Below are positions 58,637-63,771 of a stretch of 63,771 bases of DNA, piece after piece. Below the pieces are notes generated by a model. The model did not search any database. It had not been told where the DNA came from and saw only the letters and a list, made by a program, of their open reading frames with translations. This DNA comes from a virus. Its lineage: Duplodnaviria > Caudoviricetes. The position numbers and the translations under genes are program-made. Every line of letters begins with the position of its first letter. Position 1 is the first letter of the stretch. The stretch lies in IMG/VR virus record IMGVR_UViG_3300020471_002176, positions 1 to 63,771 of that record; one strand, given 5' to 3'.

Positions 58637-58821
58637 CACTTAAAGTCGGTGATTTAGTAAAGGACAACCATCCGAGTTGGGCGGGTGCTGAAAGAATTGG
58701 CGTGATTGTCGGTCGGACAAAATCAGCACTGCACAACAAGTCATTCAAAGTCCTGTGGCGCAACGGCACCATCGGAAATAATGTTTGGGATTATGACTTA
58801 AAAATCATAAAAAGCTCTTGA
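58633..58821 (+). CDS. KVGDLV cassette gene B13
   Basis: MTLKVGDLVKD...IGVIV...KVLW..G. Confidence 0.7.
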   Translation: MTLKVGDLVKDNHPSWAGAERIGVIVGRTKSALHNKSFKVLWRNGTIGNNVWDYDLKIIKSS

Positions 58822-58846
58822 CTTTCAATAGTTTATCTGCTATACT
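58818..58846 (+). promoter_or_regulatory. sigma70-type promoter
   Basis: TTGACT-N17-TATACT with a TG extension. Confidence 0.8.
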
Positions 58847-58882
58847 ATGTGAGTAGAAACAATCAAGAAAGGTTATTTTTCT

Positions 58883-59062
58883 ATGGCTGGCAAAGCAAGA
58901 ATGAGATTTATCGCGAGGTCGAATCGACTTCGTTTTGAGCGTGACAGTGGACACTATGCAGGTGCTAACCTTTACGGTGTCGAATGCATTTACTGTCACG
59001 AGTATTTCCCCAATGTAAAGAAGCCAGAGTTTGGCGGCCATGTGTGCAGGGGCTGCAAATGA
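58883..59062 (+). CDS. Small Zn-finger protein
   Basis: SD GAAAGG; CIYC...CRGC; not in the ORF track. Confidence 0.5.
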   Translation: MAGKARMRFIARSNRLRFERDSGHYAGANLYGVECIYCHEYFPNVKKPEFGGHVCRGCK

Positions 59063-59253
59063 GGCATCGACTTGTTGAGGTTAAGTGGGATACCAACGAT
59101 GACCTTGGTATTTGGCATGACCCGCTAGACATCGGCCTGCCAGAAATCGTGACTGTGCCTGACCACATTGACGAGAATGATATAAGCGATTACCTTTCAG
59201 ACAGGTGGGGCTACTGCCACTTTGGTTGGAAGTTTGTAAAGGAGAGCGAATAA
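59059..59253 (+). CDS. Phage hypothetical protein
   Basis: VKWDT...LPEIV.VP...ISDYLSDRWGYCH. Confidence 0.55.
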   Translation: MRHRLVEVKWDTNDDLGIWHDPLDIGLPEIVTVPDHIDENDISDYLSDRWGYCHFGWKFVKESE

Positions 59254-59651
59254 TGTTTTATGGACCCTACACAAAACAAGAGTTTTATTCTGATGTATTA
59301 AAAGAATGGACCAACCCAGAAAACAAGACACATGGCGATGTTGTGTGTTCTTTGTTGAAAGGCAAATATAGTTGGGAAAGTCTCAAATCCCATTACACAA
59401 AAAACCCGTACATTGATGCTGAGCGTGGCCTATACGACTACCATTGCCAATTCGACGGGACAGCTGAAATTTACAGGCACGCTGACCGCGATGTGGCAAG
59501 AGATATTTTGTCGAGAATTGGCAGGTCAAATCCGGCCATGCAGAACAAGGTAACAGGTGCCATTAGGGCAATGAGAGCAAATGGGATTCATCTTTCACCG
59601 AAGACCAACAAGCCTGAAGTTGACTTCGCTTCACTGAGGAGCTGTAAATGA
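59253..59651 (+). CDS. Hypothetical protein
   Basis: TAATG coupling; SD AAGGAG. Confidence 0.5.
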   Translation: MFYGPYTKQEFYSDVLKEWTNPENKTHGDVVCSLLKGKYSWESLKSHYTKNPYIDAERGLYDYHCQFDGTAEIYRHADRDVARDILSRIGRSNPAMQNKVTGAIRAMRANGIHLSPKTNKPEVDFASLRSCK

Positions 59652-59881
59652 GAACAGTACAACAAATGGTTGAGGCTTACACGGAAATGAGAAGCCGGAG
59701 TGCTTTTGATAGTATGTATCAAGAGGCCATGTGGCAGTACATTGACATGGCCAAAGGCGGAGACGGAGGAGATCTCGGCTTTACCCGCGATGGAGAAACG
59801 ACCTGTCGAGGCATCAACTATCAGGGATACCCAGACGAGTTTTTTCAGCAGGTTTGTCTGAAAATGGGATGGCTCGGTTGA
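59648..59881 (+). CDS. Hypothetical protein
   Basis: Coupled ORF. Confidence 0.5.
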   Translation: MRTVQQMVEAYTEMRSRSAFDSMYQEAMWQYIDMAKGGDGGDLGFTRDGETTCRGINYQGYPDEFFQQVCLKMGWLG

Positions 59882-59986
59882 CTATGGCTCAGATGATTGG
59901 GGATATTTTCTTGCTCTTGTGCATCATCTGTGCAGCCGTAGTGTTCATCATAGCAAACGTAAGATATTTACCAGAGGATAAAGAAG

Positions 59987-60256
59987 ATGAATGAGGAGCC
60001 CTGGCGTCCAAAACCAGGCGCATTAGTGCAGATTTGGGACCACTCAGCAGAAAAAGAGCCCGCGGAGCTTCCGATCGTCGGCCATGGCGAAGTGGGTTAT
60101 GTCGTCAGACGCTCATCAATGGAGCTGACGCCAGACGGCCCAATTTTTGAGGTTATTTGCTTTGGTGAAAGTGAAACGACAAGACATCATGTTTGGCATG
60201 GCTGGCTAAGAGAGATAAATAAGACTTCTGATATTAAAAAAATAAATGATGCATAA
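59987..60256 (+). CDS. SH3-like hypothetical protein
   Basis: PKPGALVQ...VGYVV...FEV. Confidence 0.45.
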   Translation: MNEEPWRPKPGALVQIWDHSAEKEPAELPIVGHGEVGYVVRRSSMELTPDGPIFEVICFGESETTRHHVWHGWLREINKTSDIKKINDA

Positions 60257-60310
60257 TTTCTCCGCGTTGGCAGCCACCCTTGTAAGACCAACGCGGAGCT
60301 TCATTCTTGT

Positions 60311-60384
60311 GCGCTCTTAGCTCAGTTGGATAGAGCAACGGCCTTCTAAGCCGTTGGTCGGAGGTTCGAGTCCTCCAGGGCGTG
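60311..60384 (+). tRNA. tRNA-Arg(UCU)
   Basis: GCGCTCT/AGGGCGT acceptor, TAGCTCAGTTGGATAGAGC D arm, ACGGC-CTTCTAA-GCCGT, GGAGG-TTCGAGT-CCTCC. Confidence 0.93.
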
Positions 60385-60391
60385 CTGCTTA

Positions 60392-60645
60392 TGGCATGTG
60401 CGATGCCTTCCCGCGAGTGGGTAAATCAAGGGGCTACGTAGCCTTGAAAGCACTGGTGAGTTTTCTATGGGGGTTCTCACTGAAACAAAAAAAACCCCTC
60501 GTTTATCCCGTGGGGGACATAGACCAGATTGGTGGTGGGTAAGACTCAATCGAGCAGTAAGCCATCAGGTGGTTGCGTAAGCGTGGGAGTGATTCCCAGG
60601 GTAGGCTATGTCCAGTTGTGAGAAGTTGGGAACTCGCGACATTTT
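60392..60645 (+). ncRNA. Candidate structured RNA downstream of tRNA-Arg
   Basis: Successive hairpins plus an 8-bp closing stem GGACATAG/CTATGTCC. Confidence 0.4.
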
Positions 60646-60782
60646 TTGTAAAAAAAGGAGAAAAGAATGGTAGTTTCAGCAATAATTCTTGGAATTGTGA
60701 CGACATTGTTGCTTATTGCGGTCGCGGGTTAATCCCCGTCCCGCCCTCGCGCGATTTTTTTTCAATTCGCGGTATTTTTTTC

Positions 60783-60811
60783 TTGACCTAGCGGTCAAGA
60801 TAGGCTATAAT
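60783..60811 (+). promoter_or_regulatory. sigma70-type promoter with an overlapping palindrome
   Basis: TTGACC-N17-TATAAT; TCTTGACC-TAGC-GGTCAAGA. Confidence 0.8.
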
Positions 60812-60929
60812 GGTAACACAAACAATCGAGAAAGGTAAAAAATGTTGGACTTTGTTGCAACCGTCGCTGCAATCGCTATGGGACTCTGGGTAGGTCAGAT
60901 GTTAATCGACCGCTCTGGAAGGCGTTAGA

Positions 60930-61133
60930 GTGACACAAAAAAAATACAATCACGCATTTACGATTAGTTGGTCGTTCAACAGCGACTACTCAAAAGAAGA
61001 GTGGGAAGATAGGATCGACACACAGGAAGGGATCATGGAAGCCTGCGCCCACTTGTTTAAGCGCATCAATCAGGTAATGAAAGACCGTGAGGTTGATGCC
61101 TTTGATCTCTGGGATTCATACGAAAACCACTAG
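60930..61133 (+). CDS. Hypothetical protein
   Basis: 67 aa ORF. Confidence 0.45.
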   Translation: MTQKKYNHAFTISWSFNSDYSKEEWEDRIDTQEGIMEACAHLFKRINQVMKDREVDAFDLWDSYENH

Positions 61134-61141
61134 GGGGAAAA

Positions 61142-61357
61142 ATGCCTGGTAAAACAAAGTTGTTGCTGCTAATAATTGCCTTTGCCTTGCAGGGCTGTCC
61201 ACTTGAGGATCAGGGTTGCGAAAAAAAAGTTATGCAGTGCGAAGATGATATAGAAATGTTTTGCGATAAAAACGATTCAGGGTGCGGTGAAGTTTGCCAG
61301 TATTACACCTACGAATATTGTTATGAAGTTTGCAAGGGAGAAAAAAATGATCTTTGA
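61142..61357 (+). CDS. Small Cys-rich lipoprotein
   Basis: Lipobox LQGC; many Cys. Confidence 0.55.
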   Translation: MPGKTKLLLLIIAFALQGCPLEDQGCEKKVMQCEDDIEMFCDKNDSGCGEVCQYYTYEYCYEVCKGEKNDL

Positions 61358-61526
61358 AGGTATGAATTGTGGCTTCCGCACGATGACGCGCGAATATATC
61401 GAGCGAATGACGCGAGACGAACTCGTCGAATGGCTGGAGTTTCGAGGCACGGCGTGTTATGATGATGAACCAACAAGTCTGCTGCGCGATTGTGCGTTGG
61501 ACGATTACGACTGCGAGGCAATGTAA
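61347..61526 (+). CDS. Hypothetical protein
   Basis: SD AAGGGAG; coupled ORF. Confidence 0.45.
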   Translation: MIFEGMNCGFRTMTREYIERMTRDELVEWLEFRGTACYDDEPTSLLRDCALDDYDCEAM

Positions 61527-61759
61527 TGAAAAAAGGCGATCTAGTCAAGCCACTAAATAGCTGTGGTGGGGAGCCAGGACAAATTCGATGCGAGACAGCG
61601 ATCGTCGTCGAGTCTCGACAAAATGGTCCATTCACCCCAGAGAATACATGGTGGATGAAAGCGTGGTGTCCATGTGGCACAATCGAGGATTATTCATGGC
61701 ACTTTGAAAAGCTTGGGGAGGTCGAGCCAGAACTGGCTTACAGCGCGGATCCGATGTAG
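61526..61759 (+). CDS. KVGDLV-family small protein
   Basis: MKKGDLVKP; TAATG coupling. Confidence 0.55.
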   Translation: MKKGDLVKPLNSCGGEPGQIRCETAIVVESRQNGPFTPENTWWMKAWCPCGTIEDYSWHFEKLGEVEPELAYSADPM

Positions 61760-61814
61760 GCTCGACACCTACAATGTGGGATAAAACTATTTGCAATTCG
61801 CCGCTATTTTTTTC

Positions 61815-61843
61815 TTGACTCTGAGGGTTAAATCGGTTACAAT
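61815..61843 (+). promoter_or_regulatory. sigma70-type promoter
   Basis: TTGACT-N17-TACAAT. Confidence 0.75.
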
Positions 61844-61876
61844 ATATATATTGAACAATCGAGGAGCGCCCGAAAC

Positions 61877-62068
61877 ATGAATCGACTTCACGTAGTGAGA
61901 GAACATAGCCGACAAGATCCGATACTTCATTTCCATTGCCGACACGGTTGCGTCGATGCGTGGGGCAATCGAGTCAGGGACTATGCTTGCCCTTGGCACC
62001 ATGATGATGGTAGTGCTAAGGATATGAGCTTACCACGTCACGAGCGCGACCTTCCGAGGGTCAAATAA
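61877..62068 (+). CDS. Hypothetical His-rich protein
   Basis: SD GAGGAG downstream of a promoter. Confidence 0.45.
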   Translation: MNRLHVVREHSRQDPILHFHCRHGCVDAWGNRVRDYACPWHHDDGSAKDMSLPRHERDLPRVK

Positions 62069-62094
62069 ATCGACATGGGGGGGTCATTTTTTTA

Positions 62095-62123
62095 TTGACT
62101 TTCCCATGATTTTTTGATAGTAT
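62095..62123 (+). promoter_or_regulatory. sigma70-type promoter
   Basis: TTGACT-N17-TAGTAT. Confidence 0.7.
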
Positions 62124-62156
62124 ATATATACACAGAATGAGAAAGGGCTTTTTGCC

Positions 62157-62492
62157 ATGACAGAATCTACACGTTGGTATTACAGACTCGGCAATCAAGG
62201 CGGTCACGAATTTCTTTGGACGGGCGCCGTCACGGTTTCAGAGAAGATCTCCAAGGCGGAAGCGCGGCGCGTTGTTGCGAAGCACTGCCGCGTCGAGAGG
62301 CTGCCTGCTCGCACGATTGTTGTTAGTGACAGGGAACTCGCGAAGCGTAAGTGGTCCGAGGCTAAGATTCGACAGGCGACCAACAAGAACTCGCGTCCGA
62401 CACCCGTCGCGGTGGCACCAAAGGCATTCGAGGACGTTGGACCGTCGATGGACGAAATCCAAGCAATGCTCAAGAAACATGGTCTTGCGTGA
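62157..62492 (+). CDS. Hypothetical protein
   Basis: Downstream of a promoter; SD GAAAGG. Confidence 0.55.
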   Translation: MTESTRWYYRLGNQGGHEFLWTGAVTVSEKISKAEARRVVAKHCRVERLPARTIVVSDRELAKRKWSEAKIRQATNKNSRPTPVAVAPKAFEDVGPSMDEIQAMLKKHGLA

Positions 62493-62689
62493 TGCGCGTT
62501 TGGAGAACCTTAAAGGGTAGGCTCGCCCTAACCTACCCGCACACGGTCTTTTGTGGTCGTGCGGACAAATGGGGATTGAGTTATAGGCGGTACAACCTGC
62601 GAGTGAGTGAGGACACAACAACACCTTACAGTATCTTGCACGTTGGACCATATGAGTTTTTTATTCGACCGCAATCGGTCATCCTTTAA
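62489..62689 (+). CDS. Hypothetical protein
   Basis: GTGA-coupled ORF. Confidence 0.4.
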   Translation: MMRVWRTLKGRLALTYPHTVFCGRADKWGLSYRRYNLRVSEDTTTPYSILHVGPYEFFIRPQSVIL

Positions 62690-62704
62690 TCGGAGCGTTT
62701 AACA

Positions 62705-62917
62705 ATGAACAACACCACAACCTATCCAGTCGTATCCGTACCTTTCAAGGGCGGGTTTTACATGTGCGTCGCAGGCTCGAAGCGTGCCAATGTACTTGAG
62801 CGAGCCAATCGCGCTTGGGTCATGGGCTACGATGAGCTTTGCGCCGATCTTTACACCGAAGCGTTGCAGTCTCCAGGCTGCGCGTTCGAGGCTCGTGAGA
62901 ACAGCCGCCGCGACTAG
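62705..62917 (+). CDS. Hypothetical protein
   Basis: SD GGAG. Confidence 0.45.
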   Translation: MNNTTTYPVVSVPFKGGFYMCVAGSKRANVLERANRAWVMGYDELCADLYTEALQSPGCAFEARENSRRD

Positions 62918-62959
62918 ATAGAAGCATCAAACTTTTTTCTAAAACAGGTCATTTTTTTA

Positions 62960-62988
62960 TTGACTTTCCCTAGTAGTTGGGGTATAAT
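62960..62988 (+). promoter_or_regulatory. sigma70-type promoter
   Basis: TTGACT-N17-TATAAT. Confidence 0.8.
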
Positions 62989-63071
62989 ATATACATATTG
63001 AGAATCGAGGTGGGCTTGATTTTCAGTCTAACACGCCCTCGCGGGCATCTTGTCTCGAAAGGACAAACATT

Positions 63072-63347
63072 ATGAAGCGCGTACAAAGCAACATCATCAA
63101 CATCGGTTTCACCATCATGAATCAGAAGCAGGAGGTCAAGGACGGTCAAGGTCGCCTAAAGGCTACGAAGCAATCAAAGCAGGGTGTCGAACTTAATCAG
63201 GCTGTCGTCAACGGCTCCAGCGCGGGATGCACCTTCCGCACCATTAACGGCGCTCAGAAGTCCGCGCAGATCAACCTCGACAACGAGGCTCTGCGCGACC
63301 TGCTCACCGCTGTCAACGAGATTCTCGCTGTCACGGATGGTGAATAA
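63072..63347 (+). CDS. Hypothetical protein
   Basis: SD GAAAGGA. Confidence 0.55.
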   Translation: MKRVQSNIINIGFTIMNQKQEVKDGQGRLKATKQSKQGVELNQAVVNGSSAGCTFRTINGAQKSAQINLDNEALRDLLTAVNEILAVTDGE

Positions 63348-63475
63348 TATGTTTATTCAACGCGAGCGCGGTCGCCTTCGCGACATCTCCCATATTGCAA
63401 TGAGGGCGGCAAACCGCCCTCGACACAAGAAGTTTGTCAATCGCCCCATTCGACTATCCGAGGAGCTAAAATAAT

Positions 63476-63664
63476 ATGTTTGTTCAATCAAAGGCGGGAA
63501 CGTCATTCACTGAGAGATCGGGCGTTGCTATTAAGCAGCGACGCGGAAACCAAGAAACCCTAGTCCAGTGGTCGAACGGCGATCAGCGCTGGGTGCCTAC
63601 TGCAGACCTTGCTGGTGAGATTCGTCTCATCGGCGATAAGAGCGAGGAGTACCACAATGGCTAA
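63476..63664 (+). CDS. Small SH3-like hypothetical protein
   Basis: SD GAGGAG; ETLVQWSNGDQRWVP. Confidence 0.5.
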   Translation: MFVQSKAGTSFTERSGVAIKQRRGNQETLVQWSNGDQRWVPTADLAGEIRLIGDKSEEYHNG

Positions 63665-63771
63665 ACGCTCCAAGGTAAGCAGAGCATGGTCCAAAACAAA
63701 AAAGAAAGGGTGATGCACTGCCCCCTTGGGGGGGCTAACGCCTAAGAAAAAAAGCTCTTTTGTCCAAAAAA

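Noticed and set aside
54769-58821. Classical integron or diversity-generating retroelement
   Set aside because: No attC-like imperfect inverted repeats, no tyrosine integrase or reverse transcriptase, and no template/variable repeat pair differing at adenines.
888-62651. All minus-strand ORFs in the track (e.g. 40648-41469, 27556-28161, 30831-31424)
   Set aside because: They are antisense shadows of well-supported plus-strand genes, with no motifs or SD.
1-63771. Alternative genetic code (stop-codon reassignment)
   Set aside because: Conserved genes are full length under the standard code and end at TAA, TAG and TGA.

Overview
This window is a 63.8 kb segment of a large, T4-superfamily-like contractile-tailed (myo/jumbo) phage genome. 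It is read with the standard code and essentially all real genes are on the + strand. Layout from left to right: (i) tail module (fibre-like protein, sheath, tube, hub/chaperone with a likely programmed frameshift, tape-measure-like and baseplate proteins); (ii) replication and nucleotide metabolism (minimal PolA, tubulin-like protein, gp32-type SSB, RecA/UvsX, 5'-3' exonuclease, DnaB, class II RNR, DnaE, HNH, dUTPase, IMPDH/GMPR); (iii) a dispersed chaperone/protease set (GroES, GroEL, DnaK, Hsp20, ClpP), a GH25 endolysin and three tRNAs; (iv) a long early/accessory region driven by many sigma70-type promoters. The most striking element is in 54.6-58.8 kb: about 20 highly divergent 39-75 aa 'MKVGDLV' (SH3/KOW-like) mini-genes chained by a near-invariant junction, consensus GAGGTRATCAGTGAAAGTCGGTGAYTTRGT. 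This junction is at once the C-terminus and stop of one gene (EVISESR*) and the SD, start and N-terminus of the next. It looks like a repeat-delimited, shufflable gene-cassette array. Two candidate structured ncRNAs were also noticed. A Myxococcota-like host is suggested by inference only. Product calls rest on motif recognition; no searches were run.
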